Shown here: positions 9,203 through 19,853 of the stretch, in pieces | Numbering within the stretch: the stretch's first letter is position 1 | Layout: every line of letters starts with the position of its first letter | NCBI GenBank assembly: GCA_963696385.1 | Contig: CAVOKF010000005.1 | Span: 672,001 to 736,000, forward strand | Source: an uncultured delta proteobacterium | GTDB lineage: Bacteria; Myxococcota_A; Polyangia; Polyangiales; Polyangiaceae | Length of the DNA: 64,000 bases | Direction: 5' to 3' | Program-made: the position numbers and the translations under genes | Notes under the pieces: model-generated | Databases searched by the model: none | What the model was told of the DNA's origin: nothing | Seen by the model: the letters and a program-made list of their open reading frames with translations, nothing else

Positions 9203-10119
9203 AGATCCGGGAAGAAGAGAATGTCCCCGAAACGGAGGCCGTCGAGAAGACGATGGAGAGCATGATCGAGCTCGACGGAGCGTCGGTTCTCTTTCCCACG
9301 TCGTTCGGCTACTTCGACCCCCACATCCTGAAGGTGGCCCAGAAGTACCCGAATGTGACGTTTCTGCACTGCGGGGGCCTCTACCAAGAGGGCAAGCACC
9401 CCAAGAATGTCGCGAGCTACTTCGGGTACATCGACGAGGCGCAGTACGTCTCCGGCATCGTCGCGGGCCTCACCACCAAGAGCAACAAGCTCGGGTTCAT
9501 TGCGGCCAAGCCGATTCCCCAGGTCCTGCGCAACATCAACTCATTCACCCTCGGCGCGCGATCGGTGAACCCCAAGGCGACGACGTCCGTCGTCTTCACG
9601 GGCGACTGGTCGCTTCCCGTCAAGGAAGCCGAGGCCGCCAACAGTCTCGTCGATCAGGGGGTCGACGTGCTCACGATGCACGTCGACTCGCCCAAGGTCA
9701 TCGTCGAAACGGCCGAGAAGCGCGGCATCTACGTGACCGGTTACCATACCGACCAATCGACCCTCGCTCCCAGGGGCTACCTGACGGGCGCTCTCTGGAA
9801 CTGGGGCAAAGTCTACACGGACTACGTCAACTGGATCCAGGCCGGCACGCCGTACCCTCACGTCCTCCGGGGTGGTTTCAAGGAAGGCTTCATCAAGATG
9901 TCGCCTTACGGCTCAGCGGTGTCCGCCATGGCGAGGGCGAAGGCCGACGAGACGAAGGCCAAGCTGACGGACGGGTCGCTCGTCATCTACACGGGTCCCA
10001 TCAAGGACAACACGGGCAAGGTGGTGATCCCGGCCGGGACGACCGAGATACAGACCGACATCCAACTCGAGAGGATGAACTACCTCGTCGAGGGCGTGGT
10101 CGGCAGGATCCCTTCGTGA
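8959..10119 (+). CDS. BMP family ABC transporter substrate-binding lipoprotein
   Basis: Lipobox LSGSC; GFIYVGPKGDYGYNQAHAEG; FPTSFGY; WNWG. Start could be 8911. Confidence 0.92.
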   Translation: MLGLVGLRLVVLSTLAVLSGSCSKSDSSAAPIPPLASASASAAPAQKTFTAGFIYVGPKGDYGYNQAHAEGAAVVAARPGVKIREEENVPETEAVEKTMESMIELDGASVLFPTSFGYFDPHILKVAQKYPNVTFLHCGGLYQEGKHPKNVASYFGYIDEAQYVSGIVAGLTTKSNKLGFIAAKPIPQVLRNINSFTLGARSVNPKATTSVVFTGDWSLPVKEAEAANSLVDQGVDVLTMHVDSPKVIVETAEKRGIYVTGYHTDQSTLAPRGYLTGALWNWGKVYTDYVNWIQAGTPYPHVLRGGFKEGFIKMSPYGSAVSAMARAKADETKAKLTDGSLVIYTGPIKDNTGKVVIPAGTTEIQTDIQLERMNYLVEGVVGRIPS

Positions 10120-10224
10120 CGGAAACGGCTCCGTGGTGAAGGCCGCGACCCCTGGAGACAGCCCGGGCTCGTCCCCCGTGGGGGTGCACACGCGTGCGCT
10201 CGGGGGGATCTCCGGGCACGGTTC

Positions 10225-11307
10225 ATGGTGGGGGTCGAGGCGCTCGTCATGCCGCTCGGCGGGATCGCGGTGTCGTTCGCGATCTTCGGCGGATTCGTCG
10301 GCCTGGCCGGGGCCCACCCGATGGACGTCTACTACCAGATGTACCGCGGGGCGTTCGGTTCCTGGTTCTCGTTCCAGAACACCCTCGTCCGCGCCGCCCC
10401 CCTGACGCTCACGGCGCTCTGCACGGCCCTGCCCGCGCAGCTCGGCCTGGTCATCATCGGCGGAGAGGGAGCGCTCGTCCTCGGGGCGCTCGGGGCCGTC
10501 GTCGCCGCACACGCGCTCGTCGGAAGCAACCCCGTGGGGGTGCTCTGCGCCATGGCCGCGGCGGCCTGTGCCGTCGGGGGCGCTCTGGTGGCGCTCGAGG
10601 GCGCGTTGCGCACGCTGCGGGGCGTCAACGAGACCATCAGTAGCTTGCTCCTCAACTACATCGCGATCGGGGTCTTCAAGCACCTGGTCGAGGGGCCCAT
10701 GCGCGATCCGGCGAGCCTGAACAAGCCTTCGACGCGCCCGATCGGCGAGGCCTACGCGCTCGGAACGATTCCGGGCATGGACGTGCACTGGGGTCTCGTC
10801 TACGGGGTGATCGCGTGCGTAGCGGCCTACGTGCTCATGCGCCGCACGGCGTTCGGGTTCGCGGCGAAGGTCATCGGGGGCAACGCGCGCGCGGCGCAGC
10901 TGAGCGGGCTTGCCGTGCACAGGTACGTCATCGTCGCGTGCGGCCTCGCCGGCGCAGCCGCGGGGCTGGCGGGCATGGTCGAGGTGGCGGCCGTGCACGG
11001 CACGGCGAACGCCTCGATCATCGTCGGCTACGGGTACACCGGGGTTCTCGTTGCGTTTCTGGCGCGCCAGCACCCGCTAGGAATCCTTCCCGTCGCGGTT
11101 CTCGTCGGCGGCATCGGCGCGAGCGGCGGGCTCCTGCAGCGCACCGAGCACTTGCCGGACGCCGCCGTCAACGTGCTGCAGGGCATCCTCTTCGTTGTCA
11201 TCCTCGCGAGCGAAACGCTCCGTGGCCGTTTCGGGGCACGGGTCGCGCGGGGCATCCGATCACCGCTGCGGCCGGCGCCCGCCGAACCGACGCAGAAGGC
11301 CGCATGA
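10225..11307 (+). CDS. ABC transporter permease (nucleoside/BMP type)
   Basis: Multiple TM; IGGEGAL, VNETISSLLLNY, GYGYTGVLVAFLAR. Confidence 0.9.
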   Translation: MVGVEALVMPLGGIAVSFAIFGGFVGLAGAHPMDVYYQMYRGAFGSWFSFQNTLVRAAPLTLTALCTALPAQLGLVIIGGEGALVLGALGAVVAAHALVGSNPVGVLCAMAAAACAVGGALVALEGALRTLRGVNETISSLLLNYIAIGVFKHLVEGPMRDPASLNKPSTRPIGEAYALGTIPGMDVHWGLVYGVIACVAAYVLMRRTAFGFAAKVIGGNARAAQLSGLAVHRYVIVACGLAGAAAGLAGMVEVAAVHGTANASIIVGYGYTGVLVAFLARQHPLGILPVAVLVGGIGASGGLLQRTEHLPDAAVNVLQGILFVVILASETLRGRFGARVARGIRSPLRPAPAEPTQKAA

Positions 11308-12229
11308 GCGACGGGGTCGCTGGCGTCTGGGGGTTGCCCATTGCGCTCGTCGGAGGCGCGCTGCGCGTGAGCGCGCCCTACCTCTTCGTGAGCCTTGGCG
11401 AGTGCCTCACGGAGAAGAGCGGCCGGATCAACCTCGGGCAAGAGGGCACCCTCGTTATGGGCGCGATGAGCGGGTACGGCGTCTCCTACCTGTCGGGATC
11501 ACCCTGGCTCGGGGTTCTGGCCGCGGGATGCGTGGGCGTCGTCCTCGGCGCGGCGCACGCTTGGCTCTGCTCGATGCCGCGCGTCAACGACGTCGCGGTC
11601 GGAATCGCGCTGATGCTCCTCGGCACCGGGCTAGCGTTCTTTCTCGGAAAACCGCTTATCCAGCCGAAGGCCCCCCGGCTGTCGTCGTTCGAGCTCGGGG
11701 CCTGGAGCTCGAGCCCCCCGTGCGCGCCGCGCTCGAGATCAACGGTCTGTTCCTGGTCGGCGTCGCCGCCGCCTTCGCGATGCGCTTCGTGTTTCAGCGT
11801 ACGCGCTGGGGCCTCGTCGTCCGCATCGTGGGCGAGGACGCCGACGCCGCGCGCGCGCTCGGCTACCGCGTGAACCGTGTGCGTTTCGCGGCGACCGCCG
11901 TCGGCGGCTTCTTCGCCGGCGTGGGAGGGTCGTTCCTGTCGCTCTACTACCCAGGCAGCTGGAGTGAGGGGCTCTCGAGCGGCCAGGGCCTCATGGCGGT
12001 GGCCCTTGTCATCTTCGCGCGCTGGGATCCCGTCCGCTGCCTGTTGGCGTCGCTCCTCTTCGGCGGAGCGGGCGCCATCGGGCCTGCGCTGCAGTCGATT
12101 GGCATCCTGGGGGGCTACAACCTCTATGCGACGGCGCCGTACGTGCTCACGCTCATCATCATGATCGCGACGAGCTCCGGGCGACGTACGCTGGCCGGCC
12201 AGCCCGCCGAGCTCACGGTGGCCCGATGA
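11304..12229 (+). pseudogene. Second ABC permease, with a 1-bp deletion in the C6 run at 11714-11719
   Basis: N-half (LGECLTEKSGRINLGQEG) and C-half (SGQGLMAVALVIFARWDP...APYVLTL) are in different frames; one extra C joins them. May be a sequencing error. Confidence 0.85.
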
Positions 12230-13812
12230 CCGGTGCCCAGGCCTCTTCGGCGCCAGAGCTCCTCGGGCTCGCGCGACGAGGACCTCCGCCGTTGCTCGAG
12301 GCCGAAGGGGTGAGCAAGCGGTTTGGCGCGTTCCTCGCTCTGGACGACGTCTCGCTGCGCGTGGAGCCCGGCCATGTCCACGCGCTGCTCGGCGAGAACG
12401 GAGCCGGCAAGAGTACGCTTGTCAAGTGCATCATGGGGTACCAGGCGACCGACGGGGGCCGCATTCGCCTGGGCGATCGGGAGATCGTCCCCAAGAGCCC
12501 GCGCGACGCGCAGGCGCTCGGCATCGGCATGGTCTACCAGCACTTCACGCTCGTCCCCAACATGACGGTCTGCGAGAACCTCGTGCTCGCCCGTCCGAGC
12601 CTGCCCTTCGTGGTCGATTGGGCCGAGGAGCGCGCGGGGCTCGCGGCGTTTCTCACGCGCATGCCGTTCAAGGTGGACCTCGACGCCAGGGTCCGCTCGC
12701 TGTCCGCGGGCGAGAAGCAGAAGATCGAGATCCTGAAGCAGCTCTACCTCGAGTCGAGGGTGGTCATCCTCGACGAGCCCACGTCGGTGCTCACGCCCTC
12801 CGAGGCCGACGAGGTGCTCTCGATGCTGCACCGGATGGCGCGGGCGGGCGAGATCAGCATCGTCCTCATCACGCACAAGTTCCGCGAGGTGACGCAGTTC
12901 GCCGACGAAGTCACCGTGCTTCGCCGCGGCCGCAAGGTCGGCCACGGCAAGGTCGGAGAGCTGACCCCCCAGGCCATGGCGGAGATGATGATGGGCGGCG
13001 CCGTGGCTGCCGAGACCAAGGGCAGGGCGGGCGGCGCGGCGGGCGACACGCGCCTGCGCATCGCCGACGTGCACGCGGACGACGACGTGGGCGTCTCCGC
13101 GCTCCGGGGCGTAACGCTCGAGGTGCGCGCGGGCGAGATCGTCGGTATCGCGGCCATCGCGGGCAACGGACAGGAGGAGCTTGTCGAGGTCCTCGCAGGG
13201 CAGCGCGCTCGCACGTCGGGCACCGTTCAGGTGTCGGGAGCCGACTTCGCGCCCACCCGCGAGCAATTGCGTCTGCGCCGCGTGCGCTGCCTGCCGGAGG
13301 AGCCGCTTCGCAACGCGTGCGTAGCGACGATGAGCGTGGCCGAGAACATGGCCTTGCGCTCGTTCGACGAGCCTCGCTACGCTTTCTTGCGGGTGTTCGT
13401 GTCGACCAAGAAGATCAACGACACGGCTCTGCAGCTCGTGAGCGCCTACGGGATTCGCGCGCCGTCAATCCACACCCCCATCGGTCGCCTCTCGGGCGGC
13501 AACATTCAGCGCTCGGTGCTCGCACGCGAGCTTGAGGGCGATGTGGACGTCCTGGTCGCCGCGAACCCTTGCATGGGGCTCGACTTCGCAGCGGTCGCCG
13601 AGATCCACGGCCGAATCCGTGCGGCCCGCGATCGCGGGACCGCGGTGCTCCTCGTCAGCGCCGACCTCGACGAGATCTTCGCCCTCGCGACGCGGATCCT
13701 GGTCATGAGCGAAGGACGCGTCGTACACCAAACGCCGGTCGATGGGGCCGAGCCCGCCGTGCTCGGCCGGTTCATGGCGGGCCACGGGGCGCACGACGAG
13801 CCGCACGCGTAG
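12226..13812 (+). CDS. ABC transporter ATP-binding protein (two-domain sugar/nucleoside type)
   Basis: HALLGENGAGKSTL, ILDEPTSVLTP, LSGGNIQ, LVSADLDE. Confidence 0.95.
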   Translation: MTGAQASSAPELLGLARRGPPPLLEAEGVSKRFGAFLALDDVSLRVEPGHVHALLGENGAGKSTLVKCIMGYQATDGGRIRLGDREIVPKSPRDAQALGIGMVYQHFTLVPNMTVCENLVLARPSLPFVVDWAEERAGLAAFLTRMPFKVDLDARVRSLSAGEKQKIEILKQLYLESRVVILDEPTSVLTPSEADEVLSMLHRMARAGEISIVLITHKFREVTQFADEVTVLRRGRKVGHGKVGELTPQAMAEMMMGGAVAAETKGRAGGAAGDTRLRIADVHADDDVGVSALRGVTLEVRAGEIVGIAAIAGNGQEELVEVLAGQRARTSGTVQVSGADFAPTREQLRLRRVRCLPEEPLRNACVATMSVAENMALRSFDEPRYAFLRVFVSTKKINDTALQLVSAYGIRAPSIHTPIGRLSGGNIQRSVLARELEGDVDVLVAANPCMGLDFAAVAEIHGRIRAARDRGTAVLLVSADLDEIFALATRILVMSEGRVVHQTPVDGAEPAVLGRFMAGHGAHDEPHA

Positions 13813-13874
13813 ACCGGGTCGTGGCGAAGGCGCGCCGGCGACTCACGCCGGAGGGAGGCGGGCGGGCGCTCCGG

Positions 13875-14064
13875 CTCGTAGCCGAACGCGCGCAGCACCG
13901 CCCACGCTTTCTCGCTCTTCAAGTACGCGCAGAATGCGAAGGCCGCAGCGCTGTCGGCCCCCCGGCGCAGCACCACCCACGCTTTCTCGCTCTTCAAGTA
14001 CGCGCAGAATGCGAAGGCCGCAGCGCTGTCGGCCCCCCGGCGCAGCACCACCGCGTCCTGCTCT
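13875..14064 (-). pseudogene. C-terminal remnant of molybdate-binding ModA-like protein
   Basis: EQDAVVLRRGADSAAAFAFCAYLKSEKAWAVLRAFGYE matches the ModA C-terminal pattern; no N-terminus present. Confidence 0.65.
13890..14052. repeat. 75-bp tandem duplication (2 full copies plus a partial)
   Basis: GCGCAGCACC...GGCCCCCCG units start at 13890, 13965 and 14040; near identical. Confidence 0.95.
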
Positions 14065-14363
14065 CCGCGCTACTCGCCGGCGCGTTCGTGACTGTCCACT
14101 TCGCGCGCGTCGTGGTTCCGCGTCGATGGCCCACCGTATGGTTGGCGCGGCATCGACGTTGCACGCTGTGCCTCTACGGAGCCTGGTTTGCGAGCTACGC
14201 CGCACTCATTGCGCTTGGCACGGGGCCCGAGTGCCGATGTGCCCGAGGGCGTGCCACTCGCAGGATACTGCTACACGTCGGGTGATGACGCGCGTTGAGG
14301 TTATCGCGCGACTGGTGCGCGCCTTGGGTGGCCGAGTGTCTCGATTGGATCGGGAGTCGAGGA

Positions 14364-14831
14364 TTAGCTTGGGCCCTTCTCGACGAGATCCTTCAGGTTG
14401 CCAAGCCCCTCCTCGAACGCCCGGCCGATCATCTTGTCCATGTTCATGAAGACGCTCATGACCTTCATCATGAGGTTCTTGGGGCCTATCATGGTCCACG
14501 TCACGCGCGTGCCAGCGCCGTCAGGCTCAAGGGCGAATTCGGCGGTGTTCTCGGAGCGCATGGGCTTGGTGAAATGCAACGCGATGGAGACCTTCTGCGG
14601 CGTGGCGTCGATGATGGTCATGCTGCCGGCGCCGGCTTTGCTGTTGCCTTCCCAGGCATAGCTCGCCCCCGCGCCACGTTCGGCGCCGGAGAACGTCTTC
14701 TTCATCTGGGGGTCGAGCTTCTCGTAAGGCGACCACCTCTCCCACGCACGAAAGTCCTGGATGTGCGGCGCGATGCGGTCGGGCGACGCGGCCACGGTGG
14801 TGGAGCGAGCGATGCGAAAGGTATCGGCCAT
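14364..14831 (-). CDS. SRPBCC (polyketide cyclase/dehydrase) family protein
   Basis: DFRAWERWSPYEKLDP...GASYAWEGN..AGAGSM...MDKMIG..FEEGL.NLK. Confidence 0.9.
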   Translation of the reverse strand: MADTFRIARSTTVAASPDRIAPHIQDFRAWERWSPYEKLDPQMKKTFSGAERGAGASYAWEGNSKAGAGSMTIIDATPQKVSIALHFTKPMRSENTAEFALEPDGAGTRVTWTMIGPKNLMMKVMSVFMNMDKMIGRAFEEGLGNLKDLVEKGPS

Positions 14832-15439
14832 GGCAACCTCCAGCGGTGCGGGAGCACTCTAGAGCAATTCGAACGGCTCGTCCCGACCGGCGGCCGACGA
14901 ACCGCATGGTCTCTACTTCCGCGGATGATCCCCGATTTTTCGCGTGATTCTGCTACTATCATCACCTCGGCCGCTTCGCGCGAGGCCCGTTGCCGTGCGC
15001 CGCTCGCATGGCACTGGATCCGAACCCGCGACGTCGCGGGCCTTGGAACGGTCGTACTTCTTTGCGGCCGGCCCGCAGGCCGACAACGTGTGCCGAGCCG
15101 TGCCATCCCCCGGTCGTGACGCTCATTCCATTCCGTTATGATCGGCACGGGCGTTCAGGGTACGGCCCGTCGTCAGGGCGCAAGCGGTCACGAACTCGGC
15201 ACGCCTGTCGGCGGCGCGTTCGGCGGCCGGCATCAGAGTGAGTCGCCTCTCTAAGTTGTGCGCGGCTGCCCGTCAAGCCTGCGTCCGCCGCGGCGCTAGT
15301 GCGTCTTGTCTGAGTCATTCTCCGGTTCCAAGCCGAATCCGAGTAACCGCTCCGCGCGAGCCTCGTAGGGTCCGCAACGCACGGTGCGTCCAAGGTGGAC
15401 GCCAAGAACGAGCAGGCACTTGCATCGAGGAGGATGAAC

Positions 15440-16723
15440 ATGCGCGCGACGATCGGGAGCGGTGTGACCACAGGGATCGTGCTTGGTTTCATGGGTCTGC
15501 TTGCGGCCTGCAGCAGCGGCAGCGCCGGGCCTGCGGGCCCTGCCGGTGAAGCTGGCGCGCCCGGTGCAACGGGTCCGGCGGGGCCGGCTGGGTCTGCTGG
15601 ACCGGCAGGACCGGCTGGACCGGCAGGTCCGCAGGGCGAAGCCGGAGCGCAGGGCCCGGCTGGTCCCGTGCCCGAGGCTGCGACCTCCGCGCCTGCGGCC
15701 GTCTACATCCTGTCCAACGACGCAGTCTCGAACGAGATCATCGAGTACACGCGCTCCTCGACGACGGGTGCTCTCACTGCGTTCGGCGAGTACCCGACCG
15801 GAGGCGCCGGCACCGGCAATGGGCTCGCCAGCCAGGGGGCCCTCATCTTCGACGCAACGAGCAACCACTTCTTCGCCGTGAACGCCGGCGACAGCTCGAT
15901 CTCGGAGCTCGCGCTCGAAGTGGACGGGAGCATCCACTTGCTGTCCAGCGTCCCGTCCGGCGGCACGGCACCGATCAGCCTCACGTTATCGGGCACGACG
16001 CTCTATGTCCTCAATGCCGGCAGTGCGACCGACGCCGGCAGTGCGACCGTCGCAGCCAACATCTCGGGTTTCACGGTGGACCCGGGCGGTCTCATCCCGA
16101 TTCCCAGCTCCACGCAGCCGCTGAGCAGCGCGCAGCCCGGGGCCGAGCAGATCTCGTTCGTCCAGAACGGCGCCGTGCTCGTCGTCACCGAGAAGGGGGC
16201 GAACAACATCGATACGTTCGTCGTGACTGCCGGTGTCGCGGCTGCGGGGACCTTCACGTCTGCGGGTACGGCAATGGCGCCGTACGGGTTCGGAGTCTCG
16301 GGTAGCGGGCTGATCGTCGTCAGCCAGGCGACGGCGAACACGGGAGCGAGCTCCTACTCCATCTCGGCGACCGGCGTGGTGACCACCGACACGGCGTTCG
16401 TCGCGGACGGCCAGCTGGCCGCATGCTGGGTGGCCATCGTGGACACCACGGCGTATGCGCTCAATGCCCACAACGCGACGATCTCCGCCTATACGATCAC
16501 CCCGGCCACCGGGGCGATCACGCTAGTGGGTAACGGCGTGGCGGCAACGACCGGTGCAGGCCCGACGGACGTCGCGGCAAGCCCGGACGGCGCATTCCTC
16601 TACACGCGCAATGGCGCCGGTCAGTCGATCAGCAGCTGGCCCATCGCCGCGGACGCTACCCTTGGGACGGTGACCACCTTCGCGGGCACTCCGGCGGCGT
16701 CAGCGGGTCTCGTCGTGAGGTAA
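15440..16723 (+). CDS. Lipoprotein with collagen-like (Gly-X-Y)n stalk and lactonase-family beta-propeller
   Basis: RBS GAGGAGG, lipobox LAAC, about 16 GXY triplets, [28 protein letters not shown]. Confidence 0.85.
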   Translation: MRATIGSGVTTGIVLGFMGLLAACSSGSAGPAGPAGEAGAPGATGPAGPAGSAGPAGPAGPAGPQGEAGAQGPAGPVPEAATSAPAAVYILSNDAVSNEIIEYTRSSTTGALTAFGEYPTGGAGTGNGLASQGALIFDATSNHFFAVNAGDSSISELALEVDGSIHLLSSVPSGGTAPISLTLSGTTLYVLNAGSATDAGSATVAANISGFTVDPGGLIPIPSSTQPLSSAQPGAEQISFVQNGAVLVVTEKGANNIDTFVVTAGVAAAGTFTSAGTAMAPYGFGVSGSGLIVVSQATANTGASSYSISATGVVTTDTAFVADGQLAACWVAIVDTTAYALNAHNATISAYTITPATGAITLVGNGVAATTGAGPTDVAASPDGAFLYTRNGAGQSISSWPIAADATLGTVTTFAGTPAASAGLVVR

Positions 16724-16899
16724 CGCTCGGCGTAACCAGGCGTCGGGGCCACTCTCGTACGGAGCAGCCCTTCGCGTGTTCCGAAGCAAACGGGTCGTTG
16801 TCGACATAGGACCGCGCTCGCCGTTTGCGAGACGCGTGCTCGGAACGACAGAGAAGCGCGACGCGCCCCTCCTTCCACTTCCATCCTATGCCAGAGACT

Positions 16900-16918
16900 C
16901 TGGCTTGCCGCAATCCCC
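16900..16918. promoter_or_regulatory. Rifamycin-associated element (RAE)-like imperfect palindrome
   Basis: CTGGCTTGCCGCAATCCCC, 68 bp upstream of rph; 15/19 identical to the RAE as I recall it (GGGCCTTGCCGCAAGCCCC), core CTTGCCGCAA intact. Confidence 0.65.
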
Positions 16919-16986
16919 CGGTCATGCCGCACAGTCTCCCCCGCACGCGAGAAACGACGGGCGCGACAGGCGAGAGGACGTGACGG

Positions 16987-19593
16987 ATGGGCTGCTACGT
17001 GTTGGGTTTCCATGAGATCGACCAGACACACTTCGCGCTCGTGGGCGGCAAGGGCGCGTACCTGGGCGAGCTCTCGCGGATCGAAAGCATCCGCGTGCCG
17101 CCTGGCTTTTGCGTAACGGTGGGCGCCTTCCAGCGGATCATGGCGGAAGCACCGTCGATCGACGATCGGCTCGATCGGCTGTCGCGTCTGAAGCCGGATG
17201 ACCGGGCGGTGATCCGCGCCCTCAGCGCGGAGATCCGCAGGACCGTCGAGCGGGTCGCCATCCCTGACGATCTGGCGGCGGCGATAACCCGCCGGCTCGC
17301 CCGGCTCGGCGAAGCCGCCTACGCCGTCCGATCCAGCGCGACGGCGGAGGACTTGCCGATGGCCTCGTTTGCAGGCCAGCAGGACACGTACCTGAACGTC
17401 GTGGGAGCGGCGGCGATCCTCCAGCACGTCAGCCGGTGCTGGGCCTCGCTCTTTAGCGAGCGGGCCGTGACATACCGCCTACGGAACGGTTTCGATCACC
17501 GGAAAGTTTATATGGCCGTGGTCGTGCAGCAGATGGTCTTCCCGCAGGTGGCCGGGATCCTGTTCACGGCTGACCCCGTCACCGGAAACCGGAAGGTCGC
17601 GTGCGTGGACGCCAACTTCGGCCTCGGCGAGGCGCTGGTCTCTGGCCTGGTGAACGCGGACGTCTACAAGGTGCGGGACGGCGAGATCGTCGCCAAGACG
17701 ATCTCCGGAAAGCAGCTTGCCATCCACGCCTCGTCAACGGGCGGGACACACGGACAGGCGATCGAGCTCGAGCGGCAGCCGCAGCCAGCGCTCACAGATG
17801 CGCAGGTCGTCCGGCTCGCGCAGCTCGGCCGGCGGATCGAAGCGCACTTCGGCCGCCCGCAGGACATCGAATGGTGTCTGGTCGACGATGCCTTTCACAT
17901 CGTCCAGAGCCGGCCGATCACCACGCTGTTCCCCATCCCCGCGGCCGGCGACGAAGACAATCACGTCTACGTCTCCGTCGGTCATCAGCAGATGATGACG
18001 GACCCGATGAAGCCCCTTGGGCTCTCCCTCTTCAAGCTGACAACCCGCGCGCCCATGCGCGAGGCCGGCGGGAGGCTGTTCGTCGATGTCACCCGGGGAT
18101 TGGCTTCGCCAGCGAGCCGCGCAGGTCTGCTGGCAGTTTTCGGGAAAGGGGATCCGCTGATCCGGGACGCGCTCGAGACCGTCCTCGAACGCGGCAACTT
18201 CATCCGATCGCTCCCGGACGAGGGGCCCGTCGCGGTGCCATCGGGCGTCGCGACGGCTGGCGGTGCGCCAGCCCCACTTGAGACCGATCCGGCCATCGTC
18301 GTCGACCTGATCGGACGCAGCCAGGCCTCCGTCGCGGCCTCGAAGCGCGACATCGGGACGAAGTCCGGAACGGCGCTGCTCGACTTCATCCTTGCGGACA
18401 TCCAGGAGCTGAGACGGACCTTGTTCGATCCGCGAAGCCATCAGGTGTTCATGTCGGCGATGGAGGCCAGCTGGTGGCTTAACGAGCAGCTGCAGGCGTG
18501 GCTGGGCGAGAAGAACGCAGCCGACACGCTCATGCTGTCCGTCCCCAACAACGTCACGTCGGAGATGGGCCTGGCGCTCCTGGACGTCGCGGACGTCATC
18601 CGCCCGCATCCGGACCTGGTGGCTTTTCTGGAGCACGTCGGGGACGAGAGCTTCCTGGACGAGCTGCCCAAGCTCGCGGGCGGGCCGGAAACGCGAGACG
18701 CCATCTGCGCCTACCTCGACAAGTACGGCATGCGTTGCGTCGGCGAGATCGACGTCACGAGGCCGCGCTGGGCCGAACGCCCCACGACGCTCGTGCCCCT
18801 GATCCTCGGCAACATCAAGAACTTCGATCCTGGTGCCGGCAAGCGGCGCTTCGAGCAAGGCCGGCAGGAGGCCTGGAAGAAGGAGCAGGAGCTGCTGGAG
18901 CGCTTGCGCGCTTTGCCGGACGGAGTGCACAAGGCCGAAGAGACCAAGCGAATGATCGACCGGGTCCGGACCTTCATCGGGTATCGGGAGTATCCGAAGT
19001 ACGGCATGATCAGCCGCTACTTCGTTTACAAGCAGGCCCTGCTTGAAGAAGCCGAGCGCCTCGTCTTGGCCCACGTGCTTCGTGAGCGGGAGGACATCTT
19101 CTACCTCACCCTCCAGGAGCTCCGAGATGTCGTACGCGCGAGGCAGGTGGACGATCAGCTCATTGTCCAGCGCAAGGAAGCGTTCCGGTCGTATCAGGCG
19201 CTCACGCCGCCCCGGGTGCTCACGTCCGATGGCGAGGCCATCGCCGGGGCGTACCGAGGCCACGATTGGCCCGCCGGCGCGCTCGTCGGCCTGCCGGTTT
19301 CCGCCGGGATCATCGAGGGGCGGGCCCGCGTCATTTTGGACATGGCGGAGGCCGACGTCGAAGCGGGGGACATCCTCGTCACCGCCTACACGGACCCGGG
19401 CTGGACGCCCCTGTTCGTCGCGATCAAGGGTCTGGTGACGGAGGTGGGGGGCCCGATGACCCATGGCGCGGTGATCGCCCGGGAGTACGGCTTGCCGGCC
19501 GTCGTGGGGGTGGAGCACGCCACGCAGTGGATCCGGAATGGGCAACGGATCCGCGTGCATGGAACCGACGGGTACGTTGAGATCCTGTCCTAG
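16987..19593 (+). CDS. rph: Rifamycin-inactivating phosphotransferase
   Basis: PPDK-type ATP-grasp (GGKGA, AVRSSATAED, SFAGQQDTYL, DIEW), RPH middle domain (HVYVSVGHQQMMTD, NNVTSEMGL, GYREYPKY), C-terminal His swivel (MTHGAVIAREYG); 868 aa. Confidence 0.93.
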   Translation: MGCYVLGFHEIDQTHFALVGGKGAYLGELSRIESIRVPPGFCVTVGAFQRIMAEAPSIDDRLDRLSRLKPDDRAVIRALSAEIRRTVERVAIPDDLAAAITRRLARLGEAAYAVRSSATAEDLPMASFAGQQDTYLNVVGAAAILQHVSRCWASLFSERAVTYRLRNGFDHRKVYMAVVVQQMVFPQVAGILFTADPVTGNRKVACVDANFGLGEALVSGLVNADVYKVRDGEIVAKTISGKQLAIHASSTGGTHGQAIELERQPQPALTDAQVVRLAQLGRRIEAHFGRPQDIEWCLVDDAFHIVQSRPITTLFPIPAAGDEDNHVYVSVGHQQMMTDPMKPLGLSLFKLTTRAPMREAGGRLFVDVTRGLASPASRAGLLAVFGKGDPLIRDALETVLERGNFIRSLPDEGPVAVPSGVATAGGAPAPLETDPAIVVDLIGRSQASVAASKRDIGTKSGTALLDFILADIQELRRTLFDPRSHQVFMSAMEASWWLNEQLQAWLGEKNAADTLMLSVPNNVTSEMGLALLDVADVIRPHPDLVAFLEHVGDESFLDELPKLAGGPETRDAICAYLDKYGMRCVGEIDVTRPRWAERPTTLVPLILGNIKNFDPGAGKRRFEQGRQEAWKKEQELLERLRALPDGVHKAEETKRMIDRVRTFIGYREYPKYGMISRYFVYKQALLEEAERLVLAHVLREREDIFYLTLQELRDVVRARQVDDQLIVQRKEAFRSYQALTPPRVLTSDGEAIAGAYRGHDWPAGALVGLPVSAGIIEGRARVILDMAEADVEAGDILVTAYTDPGWTPLFVAIKGLVTEVGGPMTHGAVIAREYGLPAVVGVEHATQWIRNGQRIRVHGTDGYVEILS

Positions 19594-19853
19594 CCGGGCC
19601 AACCCGTTCGGTCGAACAGGGGCAGCGTTCGAGTCGACGGCCGCCCATTATGGCGCCCACCGGCCGGCCTGCGCGCCCGGTCAACTGCGGGACGGACTTT
19701 GGGCTGCGCGGCCGGTCCTCGCCCGCGCGGCGGGATACCGGGGGAGCGTCTTCTATCAGGGAATCGAGATCCCGGAGTCGTTTATCTTGCGATCAGTGGG
19801 CAAACGCGCCTCGGGATTCACAGCTTCGCGATTTCGTTTAGGCTGACCACCAG

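Noticed and set aside
13890..14052. Possible CRISPR array (also considered for 55874-56103 and 1708-1845)
   Set aside because: Head-to-tail repeats with no unique spacers, and no cas genes in the window.
16987..19593. Phosphoenolpyruvate synthase (ppsA) call
   Set aside because: The His domain is C-terminal, there is no PEP-binding barrel, and RPH-specific motifs are present.
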